Below, piece by piece: positions 41,442 to 50,693 of a stretch of 64,000 bases of DNA (within the stretch, counting starts at the first letter, position 1; each line of letters starts with the position of its first letter). A program made the translations under genes and the position numbers. The stretch comes from a virus: the IMG/VR virus record IMGVR_UViG_3300032770_000020, positions 3,284 to 67,283 of that record; one strand, written 5' to 3'. The notes below the pieces were generated by a model that was not told where the DNA came from, made no database searches, and saw nothing but the letters and a program-made list of their open reading frames with translations.

Positions 41442-44072
41442 GTGCCAGGCGAAGTGATCCAGCTGCGTCCGACCCAGCCCGTCAACTACAAGGCGGCCGG
41501 CAGCCAGTTCACCCAGAATCCCGACGGTACCGAGCTCGTCAACTTCGGCGGCCCGGAGATGGGCAGCGAAATCTCGGGCCTGAGCTCGGACGAGCGCCCC
41601 GACCAAGGGTCTTTCAGCGAGAACCTGGCCGAGAACATGACGCCCGGGCAGCGCCACAACCTGGCCGGGAAGCTCTGCGAGTACTGCCGCGTCGACCTCG
41701 ACAGCCGCAAGGACTGGGAGGAGCTCACGCGCCAGGCGCTGACGCTGATGGGCGTGGTCAAGCTCGACGTCGCGCGCCTGCCGTTCCTGGGCGCCGCCGC
41801 GGTCCAGCACCCCGTGATCGCCGAGGCGGTGGTGCAGTTCAACTCCAACGCCATCGAGGAGTTCTTTCCGCCCACGGGGCCCGTGAAGGGCGATCCGCTA
41901 GGGGACGTCACCGAGGACATCGAGGACGCGGCCGAGCGTGCGTCCCAGTACATGAACTACTACCTCACGGTGGAGGACACGGGGTACTACGCGGACAAGG
42001 ACCAGTCGCTTTTCTACCTGCCACTGGCGGGCTCCATCTTCACCAAGGCGTGGCTCGACCCCCGCGATCAGCTCCCGCGCGCCAGGTACGTGAAGGCGGA
42101 CGACTTCATCGCCCCCTACTTCGCGCGCGACCTCGAGAACTGCAAGCGCTACGCCCACCGCTACTGGCTCGAGGGCGGGGAAATCGCCAAGGCCATGGCG
42201 CTCGGCGAGTTCATGCAGATCAACCTGCCGCGCCCGGGCCTGGAATACGGCGACACCGAGCGCATGGACCAGCAGGCCGACCGCACCACGCAGTCGCTGC
42301 ACGAGGACGATGAGCTCTACGAGATCCTCGAGTACCACATCGACCTCAACCTGCCGGACGGCGTGGACGAGTTCGACGACGGCGGTCTTGAGCTCCCCTA
42401 CATCGTGGTCTGCGACAAGACCACCAACGAGATCCTGTCCATCCGGCGCAATTGGAAGCAGGAGGACGAGAACCGCAAGAAGCGCGTGTGGTTCGCCCAC
42501 TACAAGTTCCTGCCGGGCCTGGGCTTCTACGGGTGGGGCTTCCTGCACGTCATAGGCTCCCTGGCGGACGCGATCAGCGGCAGCTTGCGCGCACAGCTTG
42601 ATTCGGCGCTGTTCGCGACCGTCCAGGGAGGCTTCCGTGCCAAGGACGGCGTCAAGAAGGGCGGCTCAATCGCCATCCAGCCCGGCGTCTACAAGGACAT
42701 CGACGCGAGCACGGAGGAGCTCCAGAAGACCTTCTACACGCCGCCGTACAAGGAGCCGTCCGCCGCCCTGACGCAGCTCTTCGAGGCCATGGTGTCGGAT
42801 GCCCGCAGGTTTGCCTCGCTCACCGAGGTGCTGGTAGGCCAGGCCGACAACAAGGCGCCCGTCGGGACCACCCTCGCGCTCATCGAGCAGTCGATGAAGC
42901 TCTTCACCGCGGTGCACAAGCGCATCTTCGCCGCGGCGCGCGAGGAGTTCCGGATGCTGCGCGAGCTCATCCACGACTTCTCGCCGGCGCCGCAGTACCC
43001 ATACCACATGGAGGGCCAGCGCCAGGTCGCGTTGAAGCAGGATTTCGGCGACCACGTGTCGTTCGTGCCGGTGGCGGACCCGAACATCATCTCGGACGTG
43101 CAGCGCATCGCGCTCGCCCAGGCGGTGCTCGAGGTGGTCGAGAAGAACCCGCAGCTCTACGGCCCGGAGCAGCAGGTCGAGGCCCACGCGCGCTTCCTCA
43201 AGGCGCTCAAGGTCCCCGACTGGCAGAAGCTCGCGCCGAAGCTCCCGCAGCCGACCTACATGGACCCGGTGGGCGAGAACGCGATGATGATGACCGGGAA
43301 GCCCGTGCGCGCGTACCCGGGGCAGCGCCACGACATGCACCACCAGGTGCACCAGTTCCAGATCGAGCAGGCGCGCAACACGCTGCCGCCCGATCAGTTC
43401 CAGCACGTCTACATGGTTCTCGCCTCCCACATGCGCGAGCACCAGGTGCTCCAGGAGATGGAGCAGATCAGCGCGACCATGAAGCAGTCCCACGGCGTCC
43501 CACTTCCCCCCACCGACATCTACGGGACGAACCAGGACCAGGACCCCAAGGTCGAGATGGCCATTTCCATCCTGGCCGCACAGTCGTTGCCGCCCGTGCC
43601 ACAGGCCATGCCGGGATCCGCGGCCGCGCTCGCCCAGGGCCAGCAGCCCGGAGACCCGCAGCAGCAGGTCCAGCAGGACATCCAGGCGTCCCAGGCCAAG
43701 ATCCAGGCCTCCATCCAGGGCAAGCAGGCGGAGTCGCAGGCCAGGATCGAGCGCGACACCCACCAGTTCGTGGCCGACTACAAGCAGCGCGAGCTCGAGC
43801 ACGCGCAGCGGCTTCGGCAGCTTGAGGAGGAGCACCAGGCCCGGATGCGCCAGATCGACCAGGACACGGCGACGTCCATCCTGCGCAAGCACGCCGAGCA
43901 CACGGTCGAGCAGCGCCACCAGCGCGTCATCCACCTCTCGGCACTCGCCCGCGGGCGCGAGGAGCACGAGCAGGGCCTCCGAAACAGCCGGCAGACCACC
44001 CGTGAGTCGCTGGCGTCCAAGCGCGCCGCCCGTAAGGCGCTCAACGGCCATGGCCGCAAGAAGGCCGCATGA
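41442..44072 (+). CDS. Portal protein with long Q-rich C-terminal coil
   Basis: D..SRKDWEE, GAA.V.HP.IAEAVVQF, GPVK, FLPGLGFYG.G, APVGTTLALIE. Confidence 0.9.
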   Translation: MPGEVIQLRPTQPVNYKAAGSQFTQNPDGTELVNFGGPEMGSEISGLSSDERPDQGSFSENLAENMTPGQRHNLAGKLCEYCRVDLDSRKDWEELTRQALTLMGVVKLDVARLPFLGAAAVQHPVIAEAVVQFNSNAIEEFFPPTGPVKGDPLGDVTEDIEDAAERASQYMNYYLTVEDTGYYADKDQSLFYLPLAGSIFTKAWLDPRDQLPRARYVKADDFIAPYFARDLENCKRYAHRYWLEGGEIAKAMALGEFMQINLPRPGLEYGDTERMDQQADRTTQSLHEDDELYEILEYHIDLNLPDGVDEFDDGGLELPYIVVCDKTTNEILSIRRNWKQEDENRKKRVWFAHYKFLPGLGFYGWGFLHVIGSLADAISGSLRAQLDSALFATVQGGFRAKDGVKKGGSIAIQPGVYKDIDASTEELQKTFYTPPYKEPSAALTQLFEAMVSDARRFASLTEVLVGQADNKAPVGTTLALIEQSMKLFTAVHKRIFAAAREEFRMLRELIHDFSPAPQYPYHMEGQRQVALKQDFGDHVSFVPVADPNIISDVQRIALAQAVLEVVEKNPQLYGPEQQVEAHARFLKALKVPDWQKLAPKLPQPTYMDPVGENAMMMTGKPVRAYPGQRHDMHHQVHQFQIEQARNTLPPDQFQHVYMVLASHMREHQVLQEMEQISATMKQSHGVPLPPTDIYGTNQDQDPKVEMAISILAAQSLPPVPQAMPGSAAALAQGQQPGDPQQQVQQDIQASQAKIQASIQGKQAESQARIERDTHQFVADYKQRELEHAQRLRQLEEEHQARMRQIDQDTATSILRKHAEHTVEQRHQRVIHLSALARGREEHEQGLRNSRQTTRESLASKRAARKALNGHGRKKAA

Positions 44073-44281
44073 CCGTCCGCGAGCTCGAGCAGGGCGTGAT
44101 CGGCGGCTTTGCCAGCGAGGGCGATGCGCTCTCGTTCTGGGCACGGTTGCGCGATCGCGAGCGCTACGCGGTCTACGAGGTGAACATCGGCTTCACCCAC
44201 GGCGCGCCGGCGCAACGCCCGGTGTGCTGGCTGGTGCTCACGCGCGGCGTCACGCAGCCCAAGCTGGAGGGCACCACGTGA
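44069..44281 (+). CDS. Hypothetical protein
   Basis: ATGA overlap. Confidence 0.55.
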   Translation: MTVRELEQGVIGGFASEGDALSFWARLRDRERYAVYEVNIGFTHGAPAQRPVCWLVLTRGVTQPKLEGTT

Positions 44282-44565
44282 TCGCCCGCCCCGCCGTGCG
44301 CAACCAGGTCCGCCCAGGCCTGCACAAGGTCGTGCAGTCAGGCGGCAACCACGTGCAGAAGGCGCGCGCGTTCCTCTTCTCGCGCCACCCCAACGGCTTC
44401 GGCATCCCGCCGGCGAAGTTCGCCGCGGCGAGCCAGGAGACCGGGGCGTCGTTCGACCAGCTGATGCAGTTCATCTCCCGCATGTACGCCGGAGGTGCGC
44501 AGTCGTCCCTATTCCGCGGCCAGGACATATCCGCCGCCGCAGGCAACCAAGGAGCCACGCAATGA
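44278..44565 (+). CDS. Hypothetical protein
   Basis: GGAGG RBS, GTGA overlap (MIARPAVRNQ...). Confidence 0.6.
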   Translation: MIARPAVRNQVRPGLHKVVQSGGNHVQKARAFLFSRHPNGFGIPPAKFAAASQETGASFDQLMQFISRMYAGGAQSSLFRGQDISAAAGNQGATQ

Positions 44566-44942
44566 CCCGTGCAGCGACCGATCGCCCCACAGGGGCCAAT
44601 GGCCTCGAGCGTCCGAAGGCGGGCGGCGAGCATTCAGACGCCCTCGAGTCGGGCATGCCGCACGACGCCGCGAGCGAAGGCGCCGGCAGCTCCGACAAGG
44701 GCACGGGCTACAAGCCCGCCGGGGGCGAGACCAGCGAGGAGCGCGGCAACTACGGGTCGGTCGAGACCGGCAACGCCAAGGGCGCCGCCGGTGCGATGCC
44801 GAGCACCAGCCGCATCAACGGCGCGCGCGGGACGGTCGGCGACGGCCGCGGCTCGTCCGGCAAGTACAGCGGCACGATGGGCTCGGGCTCCAAGGGCGAG
44901 CCGAGCGTGTCCCGCTGCAAGGGCGCGATGGGACAGGTTTGA
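44562..44942 (+). CDS. Gly/Ser-rich disordered protein
   Basis: AAGGAG RBS. Confidence 0.6.
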   Translation: MTRAATDRPTGANGLERPKAGGEHSDALESGMPHDAASEGAGSSDKGTGYKPAGGETSEERGNYGSVETGNAKGAAGAMPSTSRINGARGTVGDGRGSSGKYSGTMGSGSKGEPSVSRCKGAMGQV

Positions 44943-45211
44943 GCACCCTCCCGCTCCACCTGCAGGTCCTGCGCGCGATGAAGCGCCGCCTCGAGGAGAG
45001 GCAGCGGGACCTGCAGGTCAGGGTGGGCAAGGGGCTCGAGGACCGCGAGTACCAGCGCCACGTCGGCCGGATAGCCGAGATCGACGTGGGGCTGAAAGCG
45101 GTCGAGGAGTTGATGGCGGGTGGGTTGAACCTGATCGAGGACGAGGAGCAGACGGTACGTGAGCAAGCAAGAGAACGCCGCGCGCAGCAGCGCCGTCAGA
45201 CAGGCCATTAG
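44939..45211 (+). CDS. Small coiled-coil head-module protein
   Basis: TTGA overlap; EYQRHVGRI..I motif upstream of GroES-like gene. Confidence 0.6.
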   Translation: MSTLPLHLQVLRAMKRRLEERQRDLQVRVGKGLEDREYQRHVGRIAEIDVGLKAVEELMAGGLNLIEDEEQTVREQARERRAQQRRQTGH

Positions 45212-45620
45212 CAACATGGAGGCCGGGAGACCGGCCATCGAGCCCGAGCTCAAGCCGGTCACCGCGGAGCTGCTCGAGCGCCTGGGCCACGCGCTGCTCT
45301 GGAACATCGTGGTCGAGCCGTACATCCCGAAGCAGCGCGGCCTCCTGGTGAAGGCGCCCATCAGCATGGACGCCGAGCGAATCCTGTCGCAGGTCGGCCG
45401 CATCGTGCTGATCGGCTGCTTCGCCTGGCGGAGCAAGACCGCCTCAGGCCTCGACCTCGCCGAGGAGGTGCACAAGCCGAAGGTCGGCGATTACGTGCTG
45501 CACGAGCAGTACGCGGGCACCGAAATTCACCTCACCACTGGACACATGCTCCGGATCATCACCGAGACGGAGTGCAAGCTCGCGGTCAAAGACCCCGAGC
45601 TCATCAGGGCCTGGCTGTAG
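45159..45620 (+). CDS. GroES-like co-chaperonin
   Basis: IVVEP, VGRIVLIG, KVGDYVL...YAGTEI, LRII.E.E....V.DP. Confidence 0.8.
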   Translation: MSKQENAARSSAVRQAISNMEAGRPAIEPELKPVTAELLERLGHALLWNIVVEPYIPKQRGLLVKAPISMDAERILSQVGRIVLIGCFAWRSKTASGLDLAEEVHKPKVGDYVLHEQYAGTEIHLTTGHMLRIITETECKLAVKDPELIRAWL

Positions 45621-45661
45621 GCCCACAACAGCGTACGCACTGCGTGCGCGGGAGAGCGTAG

Positions 45662-47020
45662 ATGGCTGGTAAGAAGCGACGGAATGTGAAGACCCACCCG
45701 CTGGTGCGGGGGGAGCGGGACGCTGCGGACGACTTCATGCCGCCCGACCGTCCCGACGTGGCCGCGGCGAGCGAGACGGAGCCTGATGGCACCGCCGAGG
45801 TCATCGACGTCCTGGGCGATGCGCGCCCGGGAGCCGTAGCGACCCGTGACGCCGATGGAGACGACGCCGGCGCCGGCGACGACGCGCCCGCCAGCCAGGT
45901 GATGCGCCGGGAAGAGCCCGCGGAGCCCGCGCCGGCGCGGCGCCAGGAGCGTGACGACCGTGCCGTGGCGCGCCAGCGCGCGCGCGCCGCGGATGACGGC
46001 GACGATGACGACCGCGGCTACTCCGCCAGGGTGCAGAAGCGCATCCGGCGCGAGCGGGCCATCGTCAACCGCGAGCGGGCCCTGCGTGAGCAGACCGAGC
46101 GGCAGCTGGCCGAGGAGCGCACCGCCCGGCAGGAGCTCGCCGACCGGGTGCTCCAGATCGAGCGCACCAGCACCAAGGTCGCCGCCGACCAGGACGTGAA
46201 GGCGCTCAAGGCACAGATCGAGGCGCTCATCCCGCAGATTGCGGCCGCGACCGAGGCGGGCGAGACCCAGAAGGCACTGACGCTGCAGATCAAGCTGGGC
46301 GAGCTCCAGGGCGACCTCAAGGTCAAGGAGTACGACCTCACGCTCAGGGCTCAGAACGCCCGCATCGTCGAGGAGAACGAGCGCAAGGCCAAGCAGGAGC
46401 GCGAGGCGGCCGCGGCGCGCGCGGCAGCTGGCGGTGGCGACACGCTCACCGCCGAGCAGAAGGAGCGGGCGACCGACTTCACGCGCGCGAACCGGCGCTG
46501 GTGGCGGCGCGACAAGGAGGCCAAGGAGGTCGCGCTCGCAATCGACCGGGAGATCATGGGCGAGATCTCGGACGGGGAGCTCGACTTCGAGCCCTACTCG
46601 GACGAGCACATCGAGGAGCTCGCCGAGCGCCTGCACGAGGAGTTCCCGGAGCTCGAGATTCGAGACCTCGAGCGCGAGCCCTTCGAGTTCGACGACCAGG
46701 ACGACGGTGACGGTGATAGAGGCGGCGCCCGTGGCGATCGCCGAGGAGCACGTGTGGACAACAGTCAGCGGGGCGCGCGGCGCCAGATGAACGGTAACCG
46801 GGCTCCGACCGGGCGTCTTGGCCAGCAGCGTCAGACCGACAACGAGGTCGAGATGGCGCGCCAGGGGAGGGTCCGCCTCACGGAGGCCGACTTCAAGGAG
46901 ATGCGCATTTTCAAGATGGACCCCAACAACCCCGAGCACAAGAAGGCATTCGCCCAGCAGCGCGCCAGGACCATCCTCGAGCGCGCCCAGCAGGCTGATG
47001 ACCAGAGAGGAGCACGCTAA
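45662..47020 (+). CDS. Capsid scaffolding protein
   Basis: Acidic N-terminus, YSARVQKRI, long coiled coil, VRLT near C-terminus; position before capsid. Confidence 0.75.
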   Translation: MAGKKRRNVKTHPLVRGERDAADDFMPPDRPDVAAASETEPDGTAEVIDVLGDARPGAVATRDADGDDAGAGDDAPASQVMRREEPAEPAPARRQERDDRAVARQRARAADDGDDDDRGYSARVQKRIRRERAIVNRERALREQTERQLAEERTARQELADRVLQIERTSTKVAADQDVKALKAQIEALIPQIAAATEAGETQKALTLQIKLGELQGDLKVKEYDLTLRAQNARIVEENERKAKQEREAAAARAAAGGGDTLTAEQKERATDFTRANRRWWRRDKEAKEVALAIDREIMGEISDGELDFEPYSDEHIEELAERLHEEFPELEIRDLEREPFEFDDQDDGDGDRGGARGDRRGARVDNSQRGARRQMNGNRAPTGRLGQQRQTDNEVEMARQGRVRLTEADFKEMRIFKMDPNNPEHKKAFAQQRARTILERAQQADDQRGAR

Positions 47021-47716
47021 ATGGCCGGCCCACGCAAGAATGCCCCGCGCGAGCGCGTCGAGGGCGAGCTCATGGCTCCCGAGGTCCTCGAGGCCCGCGT
47101 CCGTCGCGCCGAGGCCCAGCGCGGCCAGGCGGCCGAAACCAAGCGCCAGAAGCGCACCCCCATCACGCGGCAGGTGGCCGGGCTCGACAACGACGCCCAC
47201 CACAACCGCAACGAATCTGCTCGTCAGGCCGACGCTCGAGAAATCGTCGACCGTGACAGTGAGATGCCCACCGTGTGGCGACAGCCGCAGCGCCTTGATG
47301 CCCCGCCTCCTCGGCCTGGGTACAGGAATCGCTGGGTGAGCCTGCGGACGGACAACACCGAAGATGCCGAGCACCTGGAAGAGATGCTCGACGAGGGTTG
47401 GCGCCCCGTTAAACGCTCGAGAGTGCGACGGGTGCATGAACTGACGGCCAGCTCCCATGGGAAGTACGGGCAGTACTACGTCAAGCGCGGGTTGATCCTC
47501 ATGGAGATCCCGGAGCGCATCGCCGTCCAGCGAGACCGCTTCTACCGGGACCAGACACGGGCCCAGAACAAGGGCGTCGACCGGAATATGTTCAAGGTCG
47601 ATAACCGCTACATGCCGCTGCTGAAGCCTGAGCGTCGGACTCAGGTCAGCACGCGCGCGCGGCGCGGGCGCCTAGAGGTTGCTGGGGACGAGGGATTCGA
47701 TGCCGCGGAGGCCTGA
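47021..47716 (+). CDS. Conserved head-module protein
   Basis: W..P..LDAPPPRPGY..RWV...EGW.PV...GLILMEIP. Confidence 0.75.
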   Translation: MAGPRKNAPRERVEGELMAPEVLEARVRRAEAQRGQAAETKRQKRTPITRQVAGLDNDAHHNRNESARQADAREIVDRDSEMPTVWRQPQRLDAPPPRPGYRNRWVSLRTDNTEDAEHLEEMLDEGWRPVKRSRVRRVHELTASSHGKYGQYYVKRGLILMEIPERIAVQRDRFYRDQTRAQNKGVDRNMFKVDNRYMPLLKPERRTQVSTRARRGRLEVAGDEGFDAAEA

Positions 47717-47761
47717 GGGCCCCTGGTGACTCACCACTGAACCCAACCAAAGGACCATTCC

Positions 47762-48343
47762 ATGGCAAACGTAAATGCCCCGAACGGCTTCCGGGTCGCA
47801 AAGCACCTCACGGGTGGCATTGCGGTCCGCCGCCGTCGGTACTACATCGCCGGCGGGTACGCGGCCAACATCGCCCAGGGCGATATGGTCGAGCTCGTCG
47901 TCGGTGGGCCGAAGACCATCCAGCGCCCGGGCGCGGCGACCGATCGCCTGCTCGGGGTTTTCGATGGCTGCTACTACCTGGACCCCAACCAGTCGCAGCC
48001 GCAGTACAACCGCCTCTGGCCCACCGGCCAGGCCATCGTCGCGGGGAGCCAGGCGCAGGCCTGGGTGCACGATGACCCCAAGGCGCTCTTCGAGGCGCAG
48101 ATGTCGCTCGCGTTCGCGAACACGTACATCGGCGCGCTCGCCAACCTGGTGATCGGGGCTGAGAACCTGCTCACCAAGACCAGCGCGGACGCGGTCGATT
48201 CGACCACCGCCGCGGCCAACTCGGGCGCGAACCTGCGCATCGACGACCTGGTCAACCGGCCCGACGTTTCAGTCGGCAACTACGCCCGCGTAATTGTGGC
48301 GATCGCGCTGCACTACTACGGCGGCCTGATGACGGGCGTCTAG
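47762..48343 (+). CDS. Capsid decoration/cement-like protein
   Basis: MANVNAPNGF, I..GD.V, GVF.GC.Y, V.DDP...FE.Q; directly before MCP. Confidence 0.7.
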   Translation: MANVNAPNGFRVAKHLTGGIAVRRRRYYIAGGYAANIAQGDMVELVVGGPKTIQRPGAATDRLLGVFDGCYYLDPNQSQPQYNRLWPTGQAIVAGSQAQAWVHDDPKALFEAQMSLAFANTYIGALANLVIGAENLLTKTSADAVDSTTAAANSGANLRIDDLVNRPDVSVGNYARVIVAIALHYYGGLMTGV

Positions 48344-48385
48344 CCCCCACCAGCTAACCGGCACCACACACAAGGAATCGCGAAC

Positions 48386-49288
48386 ATGATGAATCGGAGC
48401 GACTTCCGCCGGCAGCTTCAGGAGGGCCTGAACGCTGTTTTCGGCATGGAGTACGACCGCTACCAGGAAGAGTGGCGGGACATTTTCGACGTGGAGACGT
48501 CGCAGAAGGCCTACGAGGAGGACGTGCTGATGTACGGCCTCGGCGCAGCGCCGGTCAAGGACGAGGGCGACTCGATCCAGTACGACGAGGGCGCGGAGAG
48601 CTACACGGCGCGGTACAACCACGAGACGATCGCGCTGGGCTTTGCCATCACCGAGGAAGCGGAAGAGGACGGCCTCTACGGCTCGATCGGGCAGAAGATG
48701 AGCCGCGCGTTGAGCCGCAGCTTCCTGCAGACCAAGGAGGTCAAGGGAGCGAACGTGCTGAACAACGGCACCTCGGCGAGCTACCCCGGTGGCGATGGCG
48801 TGGCGCTCTTCTCGACCGCCCACCCGCTGGCCAACGGCTCGGTGCTCTCGAACGTGCTGGCCACCCCGGCTGACCTGGCCGAGGCCTCGATGGAGGCGCT
48901 CGCCATCCAGATCAGCGCGTGGACCGACGAGCGGGGCATCCCGATCAAGCCGGACATCGTGCGGCTGATCATCGCGACGAACCTCCAGTTCATCGCGACC
49001 CGCCTGACCATGACCCCCTACCAGCCCGACACCGGCGACAACAACATCAACGCGATGTTCAAGCTGGGGACGATCCGGGAAGGGTTCACGGTCAACCACC
49101 GCCTCACCGACCCGCGCTTCTGGGCGTTCAAGACGAACGTGCCGGACGGCCTCAAGCACTTCGTGCGCAAGGCCATCTCGGGCGGCGTCGAGGGCGACTT
49201 CGAGACCGGCAACATGCGCTACAAGAAGCGCGAGCGGTACAGCTTCGGCTGGACCGACTGGAGGGGCGCCGCGTCCGGCGGAGTCTGA
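48386..49288 (+). CDS. Major capsid protein (Mu gpT-like HK97 fold)
   Basis: GLNAVFG.EY, YNHETIALGFAITEEA.ED.LY, GDGVALFSTAHPL, GDFETGNMRYK.RERYSFGWTDWRG. Confidence 0.92.
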   Translation: MMNRSDFRRQLQEGLNAVFGMEYDRYQEEWRDIFDVETSQKAYEEDVLMYGLGAAPVKDEGDSIQYDEGAESYTARYNHETIALGFAITEEAEEDGLYGSIGQKMSRALSRSFLQTKEVKGANVLNNGTSASYPGGDGVALFSTAHPLANGSVLSNVLATPADLAEASMEALAIQISAWTDERGIPIKPDIVRLIIATNLQFIATRLTMTPYQPDTGDNNINAMFKLGTIREGFTVNHRLTDPRFWAFKTNVPDGLKHFVRKAISGGVEGDFETGNMRYKKRERYSFGWTDWRGAASGGV

Positions 49289-49337
49289 AGGAGCGAAGCG
49301 GCGGCGCGCGAAAGAGACCTAGTGCGTCGCTTACCTG

Positions 49338-49368
49338 GCCGGGCGGACTCACCTCCGCCCGGCATTTT
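49338..49368 (+). terminator. Rho-independent terminator after MCP
   Basis: GCCGGGCGGA-N6-TCCGCCCGGC-ATTTT. Confidence 0.7.
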
Positions 49369-49421
49369 CCTAGGGTCTAACTGACGCGGTAGCCAACCCG
49401 CGGCTCAAAGGAGCCTGTCAC

Positions 49422-50105
49422 ATGACCACTCGACACACGATTTCCCGCGCTGACACGCTGTACTCGCAGCGCGCTTACTACCCGCCGGCGAACCCGCTGC
49501 CGGGCCTGCCGATCAGCCCCACCAACTACGTCAACTTCGGCGCGATTGCGGCGGCCTCTGCCAACGCCATCTGCACGAACCAGGCGTCCGGCGCCGGCAA
49601 CGCGCTCAACATCAACGGCGCCCTCGCGGCCGCGGGTGTCGCCACCATCCCCACGCCGCGCAACGTCGTGGCTGCCTGGACCACGGCGGCGCAGATCACC
49701 GTCACCGGCACGGATTACTACGGCCAGCCGCAGACCGAGCAGTCGGGCGGCGGCGTCACCGCCTTCACCGGCAAGAAGGCCTTCGCCACGATCACCGCCG
49801 TCACCTTCTCGGTCGCGGTCACCGCGGCCACCGTCGGAACCGGCGTCAAGATCGGCCTGCCGTACCTGGTAGGCGTCAACGGCATCCTGGACGCGCTCAC
49901 CGACAGCCTCCCCGACGTGGGCTACACCCTCGTCGTGGGCGACCAGACGAGCCCGGCGACGTCCACCACGGGTGACGTGCGCGGGACCATCGCCGCGACC
50001 ACGGCGCCCAACGGGGCGCACCAGTACGCGGTCAACCTGGTGGTCTACGACCGCACGGGCGGCGTCGACCAGAAGTCGGGTGCCTACGGCGTAACCCCGG
50101 CTTAA
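49422..50105 (+). CDS. Virion structural protein
   Basis: TPRNV, GTDYYGQ, GKKAF, ATSTTGDVRGT. Confidence 0.75.
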   Translation: MTTRHTISRADTLYSQRAYYPPANPLPGLPISPTNYVNFGAIAAASANAICTNQASGAGNALNINGALAAAGVATIPTPRNVVAAWTTAAQITVTGTDYYGQPQTEQSGGGVTAFTGKKAFATITAVTFSVAVTAATVGTGVKIGLPYLVGVNGILDALTDSLPDVGYTLVVGDQTSPATSTTGDVRGTIAATTAPNGAHQYAVNLVVYDRTGGVDQKSGAYGVTPA

Positions 50106-50115
50106 GGAGTCCCAC

Positions 50116-50676
50116 ATGCGTACCGAAGTCGTGGTGTCGCTGGCGGCACTGGGCGCGAGCGCCTGGGTCCCGGTGAACTACCACCAGCGGAACTTCAAGC
50201 TGAGCCTCGCGGCCACCATGGACAACGGCGCCGCGCTTGGGACGGGCACCTGGAAGATCCAGCTCACCGACGACGACCCGAACCTGTCGCTGCCGATCAC
50301 ACCCACCAGCATCACGCGCGCCGCGGCCGTCGCGACCGTCGTGCAGCCTGGGCATGGTCTGCGGACCGGGGACTGCGTCATCGTCTTCGGGAGCGGGGAT
50401 CCGGTGAACCTCGACACCCAGGGCTCCGACGTGACCGTGGTCGACGCCAACACGTACACCTACGCGGTGCCGAACGCAGGCCTCCTGGCGGCGCTTCCCA
50501 CCGTGAGGCTGATCACGCTGAGGGTGCTCGACCACGCGACCATGACGGGGCTCACGGTGGCGACCTACGGAAGCCTCGAGGACCCGGTGCGCGCGGTACG
50601 TTCGCGCGTGACCGTGGCCGGGGCGGGGAATCTGCGGCTGGTGGTGACCCAGGCGCAGGGCGGAACGGGCGGATAG
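50116..50676 (+). CDS. Virion structural protein with beta-barrel insertion
   Basis: SITRAAAVATV..PGHGL.TGD.V....VTVVDANTYTY. Confidence 0.7.
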   Translation: MRTEVVVSLAALGASAWVPVNYHQRNFKLSLAATMDNGAALGTGTWKIQLTDDDPNLSLPITPTSITRAAAVATVVQPGHGLRTGDCVIVFGSGDPVNLDTQGSDVTVVDANTYTYAVPNAGLLAALPTVRLITLRVLDHATMTGLTVATYGSLEDPVRAVRSRVTVAGAGNLRLVVTQAQGGTGG

Positions 50677-50693
50677 CCCGAAGGGGGAGCGAC